IMG/VR virus record: IMGVR_UViG_3300044974_001201
DNA: 64,000 bases
Source: an uncultured virus (IMG/VR IMGVR_UViG_3300044974_001201)
Lineage: Duplodnaviria > Heunggongvirae > Uroviricota > Caudoviricetes
Direction: 5' to 3' (one strand)
Positions 54,838 through 63,681 of the stretch are shown in pieces (position 1 is the first letter of the stretch; each line of letters opens with the position of its first letter). The translations under genes were made by a program, and so were the position numbers. The notes under the pieces are model-generated. The model was not told where the DNA came from, ran no database searches, and saw nothing but the letters and a program-made list of their open reading frames with translations.

Positions 54838-55095
54838 TTACTCCCCCTCGTCGAGCGTGATGCGCTCGGCAGTCCAACCTTCCGACCCGTGACAGTCGGC
54901 GACGGCCTCGACCGCATCGTCGGGGCTATCGGCGACGATCAGCGAATCCTCGCCCGCGTTCCGGGTGTCCACGTCGAACAGAAGGCCGAGTCGCGCGGCT
55001 TCGATGCAGTCGGCGAGCGAGTCGGCGTAGCCGCGACCCTTCGCGGTGCGAGCGGCGTGAAGTTCGGCGATCTGCGAGCGTGTCATCGGTGTCAT
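54838..55095 (-). CDS. Hypothetical protein
   Basis: Promoter repeat upstream. Confidence 0.65.
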   Translation of the reverse strand: MTPMTRSQIAELHAARTAKGRGYADSLADCIEAARLGLLFDVDTRNAGEDSLIVADSPDDAVEAVADCHGSEGWTAERITLDEGE

Positions 55096-55265
55096 GCCCC
55101 TTCTACGAGTCGGCGACGCCGCTTCTTTACGCGCCGCTCGCATTTGGTCGCAACCGCTTGTTTTGCAGCGGTCGGAGGAAAGCGACGGGGCGGTGAAAGA
55201 ACACGGCGTCGGCCGACGTAAGAGTGAGCATCGAGGCAATCACGCCTCGCACAGCGGGGGCTACC

Positions 55266-55607
55266 ATGACGACCACGAGAGCGCAGCGGCGTGAGATTGC
55301 GAACGAGGTAGCGGCGGCGAAGGCCGCGACGAAGTTCGCGCGAGCGACGTACAGGGTCGCGGTCCGCGCCCTGTACGCGGCGGAACGCGCCGCGGGGTAC
55401 AACCGCAGCCTCACGATAGCCAGTCTGAAGGAGTGCGGGTGCTGTTACGAGTACGCCCGCGCGAGCCAACCCACCGCGCAGCAGAAGGCGTGCTTCGAGC
55501 GCGAGGAGACGGCGGTGCGCGAGGCGTCGGTGGCGCTGTTCGAGGCCAAGCGGCACGAAGCGAGCGCGCTCGCAGCACACCAATCCGTGTCGAGGAGGCA
55601 GTCGTGA
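55266..55607 (+). CDS. Hypothetical protein
   Basis: Promoter repeat upstream; ECGCC. Confidence 0.65.
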   Translation: MTTTRAQRREIANEVAAAKAATKFARATYRVAVRALYAAERAAGYNRSLTIASLKECGCCYEYARASQPTAQQKACFEREETAVREASVALFEAKRHEASALAAHQSVSRRQS

Positions 55608-55748
55608 CGGTCAGGGCGTGTGGCGCGACCCCGCCCGCGGCTTCGCCGGAACATACGCCCCCCATCGGCGTACTCCGCGAGTGCCTCGCCGCCTAGCGAA
55701 CACCGCGCTTGCAACGATCGGGCGCAGCGTGCGACACTCGCGCCCACG

Positions 55749-56738
55749 ATGCCGACCATTCGCCTGCCCACAACCACCGCCATCCCGCAGCCCCGTCTCG
55801 TCCGCGCCGCGGGCAACGTCCCCGCTCCGGGCGTCGTGCCCACGTCGGGAACTTCGCCCGAAGCGATCCCCGCGGGGCGTGTCGCGTTCGAGACGCACAT
55901 CCTGATCGCGCACACCGCGCCCACGCTCGACACCGCGGCGTTCCCTTCGCGGTTCGTTACGTCGCTCTACGAACAGTCGGTCGCTCGGGCGTCTACCGTC
56001 GCTGGCGACGTGACGATCGCAACTGCGGCGCCGACGCAAGCCGAGTCGGCGGCGGTGCGAGCCACGATCCCGACCGTGCTCTCGCTCAGTTCTGACGCCG
56101 TTACGCGCTGGTCGAGCGCGCGGTGGGTCAACATCCGCGGGGCGTTCAACACGGCTCGCCCGTGGACGCTCTCGGGACTCAACCTCGCCATCGCCGACGC
56201 GCTCACGAACTGCCTCGCGTGGAACGAGACCGAAGCCCGACGCCGATTGAGCCCGCTCACGATTCCCGAAGACGGTGACCTCACGCAGATGGTGACGGCG
56301 CTGAACACGTCGAACGCCTGCGGAGGCCGACGCGCATACGGCAACGTGATCGCCGCAGCGTGCACGCGATGGACTCCGCTCGAAGCGTCCGCCGCGCCGC
56401 AGCCGCAGCGCGACGGCCCTCGCTCCGTGGCGCTCCCGCAGTGCCGCACGGTGACCGAAGATGGCTTCTGGTTGCGCCCGACGCCGACGTTCGCTCGCAC
56501 TGGCCCGAAGTTCCCCGCGAACACGCCGGTCGAGCTTCTGGAACGCACCGAGGCCGTGCAGGGCGTGTATCGCCTGTTCCGCGTCGCCGTCGCAAACCCG
56601 AACCGAAGCGATCCCTCGCCGTACCTCACCGGATACGCCGCGCTGCGTGCCGCCGACCTCGCTCGCTCCTCCTGCGCCCAGTCGGTCCCGAACGGCGTGC
56701 TCACGAACACCTACAGCCGCCAGTCGGGCGGCGCCTGA
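55749..56738 (+). CDS. Protein with C-terminal SH3b-like domain, paralogue 1
   Basis: FWLRPTPTF..G..P.NTPVELL..LFRV..GYAAL. Confidence 0.75.
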   Translation: MPTIRLPTTTAIPQPRLVRAAGNVPAPGVVPTSGTSPEAIPAGRVAFETHILIAHTAPTLDTAAFPSRFVTSLYEQSVARASTVAGDVTIATAAPTQAESAAVRATIPTVLSLSSDAVTRWSSARWVNIRGAFNTARPWTLSGLNLAIADALTNCLAWNETEARRRLSPLTIPEDGDLTQMVTALNTSNACGGRRAYGNVIAAACTRWTPLEASAAPQPQRDGPRSVALPQCRTVTEDGFWLRPTPTFARTGPKFPANTPVELLERTEAVQGVYRLFRVAVANPNRSDPSPYLTGYAALRAADLARSSCAQSVPNGVLTNTYSRQSGGA

Positions 56739-56845
56739 AAACCGCACGTTCGCGACGTTCGGCGTGAATACGAACGTCGCATCGAACGTAACGGTTGCAA
56801 AACGTCGCGGCGTTGTGCGAGACTCCCACCTCGGAGAAACCACCC

Positions 56846-58117
56846 ATGCCGTCAATTCGCACAACCGTCGCCGTTCCGCCCGCCCGCACCCTCGTCGTGC
56901 GCTCGGCTGGCGCTGTTCCCGCCCGCGGCACGGTGCCTTCAACGGGAGTCCCCTCGGCGATCGTGCCCGTCGGTCGAGTCGCATTCGAGTCGCACATTCT
57001 CGTTGCCGGTTTCGTGCCGACGATCGACCGTGGCGGCTTCCCGGCGAGGTTCGCGAGCGAACTCAACACCGTTTCGATGCAGAAGGCGAGTTCGAGCGCG
57101 GCCGACGTGGGCATCGCCGCCGTCGCAAGCACTGATAGTTCGGAGATCCGCAGCATCACGACAGCCCGCGCGACGGACTCGTTCGGCGTCCTCGGTGCGC
57201 CGTTCCGAGACAACGTTCCCGCTACGTGGGTCACGGTGTCCGGTTTCGCGAACGTCTCGCAGGAGATCCAACTCCAAGCCCTCAACAGGGCGATCGCGTG
57301 GTCGCTCGCGAACAGCGTCTCGAACCCGCCCGAAGGCACAAGCGGCCTCGCCTCGCGCATCATCACGGCGTTCAACGTCAACGGAGCGTGCGAGGGCACT
57401 CGCCGCTACGCCGAGACGATCGTCGCCGCCTGCACGCGATGGACTCGCGTCGCCGCAGCGCAGCCCGCCGCCGTTCAGCCCCCCGCGCCGACTCCCGGCG
57501 CGGCGACGCAGCCCCCCGCACCGCAGGGGACGCTCACCCCGATCGCGCAGTCGGCGAGCGAGCCCGCGCTGTGCTCGTTCGTGACGGCCTCGCGCTTCTG
57601 GCTCCGCCCGAGCCCGACGTTCGAGCGCGTCGGCCCCGAGATCCCCGCGGGCACGCGCGTCGACCTGATGGACGCGACATCGCAGACGCAAGGCACGCTT
57701 CGCCTGTACGACGTTCGTGTCGCCGCCACGCAGACGGTCGCCGCCGCTCGTGCGTACGTCGGTCGTCGCGGGTGGGCCGCGATGAGCGCCGCCGACGTGG
57801 CCTCATGCGCCAGCGTGATCGCCGCCCGCGACGCCGCAAGGCGCACGGGTGGCACCGTACCGAAGCCCGTGGGGACTCCCGGCGCGAGCACGGGCGGTGG
57901 CAACACCGCGATCGTGCCCGTGGCGCCCGCGACCCCGGCGATGCGCCCCGAGTCGACCACGCGCCCCGGTCAAGTGGTGACCGCGACGCCGGTCGTTCCG
58001 CCCCCGGCCCCCGCTGCGTCGTCGTCGAAGACCCCGTACATCGTCGGCGGCGCCCTCGTGCTCACCGCGGGCGTGATGTACTGGCAACGCGACGCCATCC
58101 GCAAGATGTTCAAGTGA
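56846..58117 (+). CDS. Protein with SH3b-like domain and C-terminal TM anchor, paralogue 2
   Basis: Shares GRVAFE.HIL, FP.RF, AC.G.R.Y...I.AACTRWT and FWLRP with paralogue 1. Confidence 0.8.
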   Translation: MPSIRTTVAVPPARTLVVRSAGAVPARGTVPSTGVPSAIVPVGRVAFESHILVAGFVPTIDRGGFPARFASELNTVSMQKASSSAADVGIAAVASTDSSEIRSITTARATDSFGVLGAPFRDNVPATWVTVSGFANVSQEIQLQALNRAIAWSLANSVSNPPEGTSGLASRIITAFNVNGACEGTRRYAETIVAACTRWTRVAAAQPAAVQPPAPTPGAATQPPAPQGTLTPIAQSASEPALCSFVTASRFWLRPSPTFERVGPEIPAGTRVDLMDATSQTQGTLRLYDVRVAATQTVAAARAYVGRRGWAAMSAADVASCASVIAARDAARRTGGTVPKPVGTPGASTGGGNTAIVPVAPATPAMRPESTTRPGQVVTATPVVPPPAPAASSSKTPYIVGGALVLTAGVMYWQRDAIRKMFK

Positions 58118-58127
58118 ACAGGAGACG

Positions 58128-58637
58128 ATGATGAGCGAAGTCGACCCCTCCTGCGGATGCCCGATCACCCGAGCGAAGAAGGCCCGCGAGGAGGCGGCTC
58201 GGGTCGCCGCTGCGGGCGATCCCACCGACGTTCCCGTGACGCCGGTCGAGACGCCCGCAACGCCGGTCGCGCCGGTTCCCGCGTCTCCCGTGATGGTGCC
58301 CATCGCGCCTCGTCCGACGAACGCGATCCAGCAGTGCCGCACGGTCACGACGGACGGGTTCTGGTTGCGCCCGACGCCGACGTTCGCGCACGTCGGGTAT
58401 CACTACCCGCCGCGCACCGAAATCATCGTGCTCGAACGCCAGCCGTTCCAGTCCGGCATCTTCACCCTCTTCCGCGTGCGCGTGGTGACACCCGCCGCGG
58501 GTGAGCCCGCCGAAGGTTTCGCTGCGCTGCGCCTCGCCGACCTCGCCACGTCGTCGTGCCAGTGGGCGGGCGCCGACAACCACATCGCGGGGCCGAACGC
58601 GGTGCTGCTCAAGACGTACGGCGGAAAGGCGCCCTGA
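58128..58637 (+). CDS. Small SH3b-like protein, paralogue 3
   Basis: QCRTVT.DGFWLRPTPTFA..GFAALR.ADLA.SSC. Confidence 0.75.
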   Translation: MMSEVDPSCGCPITRAKKAREEAARVAAAGDPTDVPVTPVETPATPVAPVPASPVMVPIAPRPTNAIQQCRTVTTDGFWLRPTPTFAHVGYHYPPRTEIIVLERQPFQSGIFTLFRVRVVTPAAGEPAEGFAALRLADLATSSCQWAGADNHIAGPNAVLLKTYGGKAP

Positions 58638-58640
58638 TAC

Positions 58641-58997
58641 ATGCCCGCGAACCAGCAACGCGAGATCACGTTCGCGCTTCAGGGGACCATCCCCGCGTAC
58701 GTGCTCGGCACCGTGGACGGTACGGTCGCGGGTGACTTCGTGCTCAACGGCGCGACCTCGATCTACCTCACGGTGGACGCGAGCGCGCTCGCGTCGCCGA
58801 CGACGATCACGTTCTACGTGAAGACGACCATCTACGGCACCGCGACGCCGCTCGGAACGTTCGTCGTCGCCGCGGGTGCGGTCGAGACCATCGTGACGAT
58901 GCCCTCGTTCGGCCCGCTCGTCGCCTACGCCGTGCAGGTTACGGTGACGACGGGCGGCGCGGGCGGCGACGCGATCATCAGCGCCCGCGCGCAGTAG
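58641..58997 (+). CDS. Small all-beta putative virion protein
   Basis: Thr/Val/Gly-rich alternating strands. Confidence 0.7.
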   Translation: MPANQQREITFALQGTIPAYVLGTVDGTVAGDFVLNGATSIYLTVDASALASPTTITFYVKTTIYGTATPLGTFVVAAGAVETIVTMPSFGPLVAYAVQVTVTTGGAGGDAIISARAQ

Positions 58998-59541
58998 CGA
59001 ACCCGTCAACCCACCGCTGCAACTCCTCCGGGTCGACGGCATCGAGCCTCGCACGAAGAGCGCCCTCGGCGTAGTCCATCTGCGCGTTCGCGGCGGCTTG
59101 CGCTTCGATCATCACCACACGGGCGTTGCCCCACCACGACGTTTCGTCGAGCGGCTCGCTCTCGGCGGCAAGCTCCGACCACACGTTCTCCGGCACGAGA
59201 CGAATTGCGTCGGCGTGCGGTCCGAGCGCCTCGGCGACCCGCAAGCACGCGGCGCCGAGTTCGCCGTATTCCTCCTCGCCAGCAGCCGCCCACGAGCGGT
59301 CGAGAACGATCGCGGCGCGGAGCACGACGGGTGCGAGTACGAGGATTTCTTCGCGCAGTTTCTCGTCGTACGTCGGTCCGTCGGCGTCGCCGCGAATCCA
59401 CATGGCGCCGTAGCGCATCGCCTCGACGCAGTGAGGCGCGGAGAGGAACGCCGCCACGTCGAGCGCCGCGCGGCGGTGCCCCAGCGCGACACGTTCGACG
59501 AGAGCTTCGAGGCACGGCGCGAGACGGGGTGCGGGGGTCAC
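58978..59541 (-). CDS. Helical hypothetical protein
   Basis: GTGA coupling; W.ELA..SWWG. Confidence 0.6.
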   Translation of the reverse strand: MTPAPRLAPCLEALVERVALGHRRAALDVAAFLSAPHCVEAMRYGAMWIRGDADGPTYDEKLREEILVLAPVVLRAAIVLDRSWAAAGEEEYGELGAACLRVAEALGPHADAIRLVPENVWSELAAESEPLDETSWWGNARVVMIEAQAAANAQMDYAEGALRARLDAVDPEELQRWVDGFATARGR

Positions 59542-60209
59542 TGCTCGCCCTCGACGAACGCATACATCGCGTCCGCCGCGATCTGCCCTACGGTCGTGGC
59601 GGGCTCCTGCCACGCTACCGCGCAGAGTCGCTCGTCGGCAGCGATGGCCCGCGCGGCGGCGGGTCGCGTGAACACGTCGGCGTGCGCCATGATCTTCTTG
59701 TCGAGCGCATCAAGCAGAGCGTCGAGGGCGGCGTTGTTGCTGCGAGAAAACATCGCGTGCAGCGCGTCGTTCGCCGACTGGAGATCGTCGCGGTCGTTGA
59801 GGGTTTCGACCGCATACTCCTCGGTGAGCGGTCGGTCGTAGACCATGCCGCAAAACGTGACCGCTTCGGCGAGGAGCACGTCGATCACCTCGACGGGCAA
59901 CGACGCGATCCACTCGCACCAGCGATCCCACGGGCTGCTACGAAGTTCCGCGGCGTCGAGCATCTGCGCGAGGGTGAGTTCACGCGGCTTCGCAGGCGAC
60001 CACACGCGCGCCGCAGTGCCGTAAGCTGCGACGGTGCGCAGGACGCTCCCGCAGAGCACCGCGGGGTCACGCACGGCGGTGCAGAATTCGGGCACCTCGT
60101 GGTCCGCGAAGATGCCGGTCGGCGGCTCGATGGTGAGCGCGGTGGTGGGGATGAACGTGGCAACCGCGGCGGCGCTCGGGGAGACGGGGGCGGTTTCGAT
60201 GGTGGTCAT
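59538..60209 (-). CDS. Acidic helical hypothetical protein
   Basis: Promoter repeat upstream. Confidence 0.7.
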   Translation of the reverse strand: MTTIETAPVSPSAAAVATFIPTTALTIEPPTGIFADHEVPEFCTAVRDPAVLCGSVLRTVAAYGTAARVWSPAKPRELTLAQMLDAAELRSSPWDRWCEWIASLPVEVIDVLLAEAVTFCGMVYDRPLTEEYAVETLNDRDDLQSANDALHAMFSRSNNAALDALLDALDKKIMAHADVFTRPAAARAIAADERLCAVAWQEPATTVGQIAADAMYAFVEGEQ

Positions 60210-60254
60210 GGTGTCCCTCTTACGTCGCGGGTCGGCCGTTTCTAACGCGAAAAC

Positions 60255-60716
60255 TTACGAACACGCACCCGGCGCGAGCGCGTCGGCGTAGGCTTGACAC
60301 CACCACGCGCCGCCGCACTCGGGCAGGAGTTCCCATTCCGCGAGTTCGCGCCACACGTCGTCGCCCGCGAGCAACGCGGCATCTTCGTATCCTTCCATCT
60401 TCGCCTCCGTCTCAGCGATGGCGGCGATCAGCCTGTTCTCGTCGCGACTGAACACTCCCCACAACGCAACGTTGCACACGCCGATCGCGCGAACGACGGC
60501 GGGCACGATCTGCGTCGCGCTGTAGTCGAGCCACTCGTCGGTCGCCGACGTGCCGCGCACCATCGCTGCGGCGTGTCGGAGCACCGCGATCACGGGCTCG
60601 GTCGCGCAGAACTGCGCGAGGTTTACGAAGTCGTCGCATCGCCCACTCTCTCGGGCGATGCTGGTGAGTTCGACGATGGCGACGGCGTGCGAAACGCACG
60701 GTGCGGAGGTGTTCAT
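60255..60716 (-). CDS. Helical hypothetical protein
   Basis: VWRELA..AWW. Confidence 0.6.
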   Translation of the reverse strand: MNTSAPCVSHAVAIVELTSIARESGRCDDFVNLAQFCATEPVIAVLRHAAAMVRGTSATDEWLDYSATQIVPAVVRAIGVCNVALWGVFSRDENRLIAAIAETEAKMEGYEDAALLAGDDVWRELAEWELLPECGGAWWCQAYADALAPGACS

Positions 60717-60753
60717 AGTTTCTCGACGTTCCGGGTATTGGTTTTCTGACACG

Positions 60754-60981
60754 TCACGCCGCGCAGCGATTGCCCTTGCGGGGGAACGACGGGCGCGGCG
60801 TCGCGGCGCACTCGCACCAGTCCGCTTGCAACCGGCGCCCGAGCGACGTGGCGGGCGTCGTGTGGTCGCAGCGGAGGTGCCCGCGCGTCCACTCGCCAGC
60901 GCCACGGAAACACTGCGGGAACACGGGGTGCGTGACGGAGGGGATTGAGACGAGGCCAGCGACGCAGTGGGTGGTGTTCAT
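60754..60981 (-). CDS. Small Cys-rich protein
   Basis: Promoter repeat upstream. Confidence 0.55.
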   Translation of the reverse strand: MNTTHCVAGLVSIPSVTHPVFPQCFRGAGEWTRGHLRCDHTTPATSLGRRLQADWCECAATPRPSFPRKGNRCAA

Positions 60982-61226
60982 GGTGACCCTTCTACGTCGC
61001 CAGTTGCGGCGACCTTACGCTGCTCCGCCGATTTCGCGGCGCCGTCGCCAGAATGCGCGCTTGACGCGGTTCGCGCCACACACGTATTCTCTTGCACGCG
61101 CCCGATCACGGTCGCGAACACAACGGAGTCGAAAATGGCCGAGAAGGTTGCACGGGTCGGAGTCGAGCGCGCGGACGGTTGCCTATGAACCTCCCCGCCG
61201 CGAGCGACGGGGCTTCTCGTGTCGGC

Positions 61227-62513
61227 TTACGCCGACGCCGAACTACTTGCAGGGGTTCCGCCTGAACTACGGGGTGGCGGTTGCCCGCCTCCTCGATACT
61301 TTCTCAAAGGGCGAACGAACACGATCGTGCTTGGCATCGGTTGGTTGGGCAACAGTTGCCCGTTGAGACCGATGCCTCGAATGTTCGCGCACCCCACCAC
61401 GTCACGCGGCGCCACCAACCCGCACTGCGGGTTCCGACACCGATAGACCCTTCGGCACTTCTGCCGATTCACGCAAGCGGGACACGCTTGCGAACTGTAC
61501 GCCTCGCAGACGCGCTCGACGCCAGCGAGTTTGTAGCCCAACTGCGCGATGATCTTGCCGGTGCAAACCTGCGAGACTTGCTGCGCAGTGCGACGATTCA
61601 TCTTCGCCGCAGCATCGTTGAACGGCTCGCCGACGAAGGCGTGCGCTCCGGGGAACGCACGCGCAACGGCGGCGGTCGCCTTGTGCGTGATGTCCTTGAT
61701 CTTGCGCCTGCACTTCGCGAGCATCTTGTGCTTGCGCCGCGCGAGTTTCTTCTGTCGACGACTCCCTTGCTTGCAGCGCGACGAGCGCGAATCGATGCTC
61801 GCCAGTTGCTTGTTCCGGTACTGGACGATGGCCTTCGCCTCGCGACCCGATACGACGATCGCGGTCTTGCCGTCGGTCGCCGCGATGAGCGAGTTCACGC
61901 CGAGGTCGCAACCGATCACGGTGCCAGACTCGATCACTGACTCGACGGGCAACGCGCAGACGATGCGAACGACGCAGAAGCCGAGCGTCACCTCCATCAA
62001 CCGCCCCGACAACGCGAACGGCAGACGAATGCGGAGCGTTTGGTTGACCCCTCTCCCACTACCACCGCCGTTGTTGAGGCGCAGAAATCCATCGCGTATC
62101 AGCGCGCCTTGGTTCGAGTACGTGACGTCTCGGTAGCGCGGCGTTTTGCGCGGGTACTCGGCGGTCACTTCTTCGCCGCGCGCCCGCTGCGCCTTGCGCT
62201 TCGCGGTAGTCCACGCGATGTTCTCGCAGAACTGCGCCACGGTTCGCTGGACGGACTGCGCGGACATCGCGGGGAACTTGCCCTTCGCCCACGCCAACCA
62301 GCGCGAGAGCGACGGCCACTTCCACCGCAACCGTCGGATGCGGGCGTGAAGGCGTACCATCGCGTTCCACAACGCGGCGTTCGCGAGGCGAGACGCCGTG
62401 AACGTGGCCCACTGAACCGACGATCGCGGTCGCCACGCAACCTCGACAACGCGATGCGTCGTCTCCGGGGCGTTGGTGACTGCTTTCTCCTGCACGGGCA
62501 CCACCGTACTCAC
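61227..62513 (-). CDS. tnpB: RNA-guided endonuclease TnpB
   Basis: RuvC-I GCDLGVN, RuvC-II FVGE, Zn finger CPAC..CRNPQC, RuvC-III RDVVGCANI; start inferred. Confidence 0.92.
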   Translation of the reverse strand: MSTVVPVQEKAVTNAPETTHRVVEVAWRPRSSVQWATFTASRLANAALWNAMVRLHARIRRLRWKWPSLSRWLAWAKGKFPAMSAQSVQRTVAQFCENIAWTTAKRKAQRARGEEVTAEYPRKTPRYRDVTYSNQGALIRDGFLRLNNGGGSGRGVNQTLRIRLPFALSGRLMEVTLGFCVVRIVCALPVESVIESGTVIGCDLGVNSLIAATDGKTAIVVSGREAKAIVQYRNKQLASIDSRSSRCKQGSRRQKKLARRKHKMLAKCRRKIKDITHKATAAVARAFPGAHAFVGEPFNDAAAKMNRRTAQQVSQVCTGKIIAQLGYKLAGVERVCEAYSSQACPACVNRQKCRRVYRCRNPQCGLVAPRDVVGCANIRGIGLNGQLLPNQPMPSTIVFVRPLRKYRGGGQPPPRSSGGTPASSSASA

Positions 62514-62527
62514 GGACTCCGTACGTG

Positions 62528-62713
62528 TCAAGGGCGGCTCTTGCCCTCGACGGCGTTGAGGATGCGCTTCGCTTCGATCACGGAGGCGCGGCGAACCAGC
62601 GACGAAATATCGTCGCCGCACGCCGTCGCAGCGCGCTCGATCAGTGCCTTCTCCTCCGTGGTGAGGCGGAGGTCCATGCGGGCGTCGCGAGGCGTGTCGT
62701 TGTACTTGCTCAT
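62528..62713 (-). CDS. DUF1778/TacA-like ribbon-helix-helix protein
   Basis: RDARMDLRLTTEEKALIERAA..ISSLVRRA..EAKRIL. Confidence 0.8.
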   Translation of the reverse strand: MSKYNDTPRDARMDLRLTTEEKALIERAATACGDDISSLVRRASVIEAKRILNAVEGKSRP

Positions 62714-62777
62714 TGCTGTCGTACGCTCCGTCCGTGTGGGAGTTTTACTCTCATCTCTCGCTCAATCGTAGATCGCC

Positions 62778-63110
62778 TCACGGCGCCTCGTACGCGAACT
62801 CCGGGTCGAGCATGCGCGCCATCGCTACGACCGCCGCGATGTTCGCCGCAGCGCGGTCAACACCGACCGTTCGCACGATGCTCACCGGCCCTCCGCCATT
62901 CCCGCCACGAACGTAGTAACCCACGTCGCAGTTCGCATCGCGAACGCGGTCGAACGGTAGTCCCTCGTAGCCCTCCGTAGCGCACGCATCGTCGACGATG
63001 CCGCGATGCTTGAGCACCTCGCCAGCGACGCGCAGAAGCGTCGTGGTGTACGGGCGTTCGTCGCGGTTGTACCGCGTCGGGAGGCGCAATTCTTCGGGCG
63101 TGAGTTTCAC
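62778..63110 (-). CDS. Hypothetical protein
   Basis: GTGA coupling. Confidence 0.55.
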   Translation of the reverse strand: MKLTPEELRLPTRYNRDERPYTTTLLRVAGEVLKHRGIVDDACATEGYEGLPFDRVRDANCDVGYYVRGGNGGGPVSIVRTVGVDRAAANIAAVVAMARMLDPEFAYEAP

Positions 63111-63289
63111 TGCGTTTCCTTGCTGTTCAACCGCGCGAGAGCCTCGCGCATGTACTCCCGATCGGCCTCGGTGATCGGCTGCGGCTTCGTCGGCGCCAGC
63201 CGCACCGCATCGTTCCACCGCCCGCACTTCGGGCAGACGGTGTTGAGCGACGCGAGCGGGGCGCGGCACCCGTCGCAGTGGAAGTTCAT
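63107..63289 (-). CDS. Small Zn-ribbon protein
   Basis: CDGC..CPKC. Confidence 0.65.
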   Translation of the reverse strand: MNFHCDGCRAPLASLNTVCPKCGRWNDAVRLAPTKPQPITEADREYMREALARLNSKETQ

Positions 63290-63681
63290 CGTTTCTCCGC
63301 CTTCCGTGCCTTCGATGCGAGTGCTGCGAATCCCGTGCTCGCCTCCTTCGCCATTCGAGCGCCGTCGGGATCGCGATGTTTTATCGCACGCCAAATGCTA
63401 TCGTCCGTTTCCGAGAGGTGGGACAACGCACACCCGATTTCGCGGGCGTCGTCAGCCGAGAATCGAAGCGCACCATTTTTGTACGCGTTCGCGAGGAGAC
63501 GGTACTTCGGTGCGTCCTTATCGCCCATTTCCTCCTCGATGCTCGCGATTTCTGCGATGACATCAAGTGTAGACGCTACGGACCCGCGCACCGGCAGCGT
63601 CACCGTTTTGCGGACGCGAGCGGTAACGCCGCGCGTCGTGTTGCTCATCAACTCGCCGACTTCGTGGATGTTCTTGCTCAT
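63286..63681 (-). CDS. Hypothetical protein
   Basis: Promoter repeat upstream. Confidence 0.65.
   Translation of the reverse strand: MSKNIHEVGELMSNTTRGVTARVRKTVTLPVRGSVASTLDVIAEIASIEEEMGDKDAPKYRLLANAYKNGALRFSADDAREIGCALSHLSETDDSIWRAIKHRDPDGARMAKEASTGFAALASKARKAEKR

Larger units (their letters stand above)
61186..62760 (-). mobile_element. IS200/IS605-family (IS1341-like, no TnpA) element carrying an RHH gene and tnpB
   Basis: Right end GAAGCCCCGTCGCTCGCGGCGGGGAGGTTCA on the minus strand; left-end-like hairpin GGGAGTTTTACTCTC near 62738-62752; boundaries approximate. Confidence 0.7.

Noticed and set aside
62528..62713. TacA-TacT toxin-antitoxin module
   Set aside because: No GNAT toxin is adjacent; the neighbouring gene is tnpB
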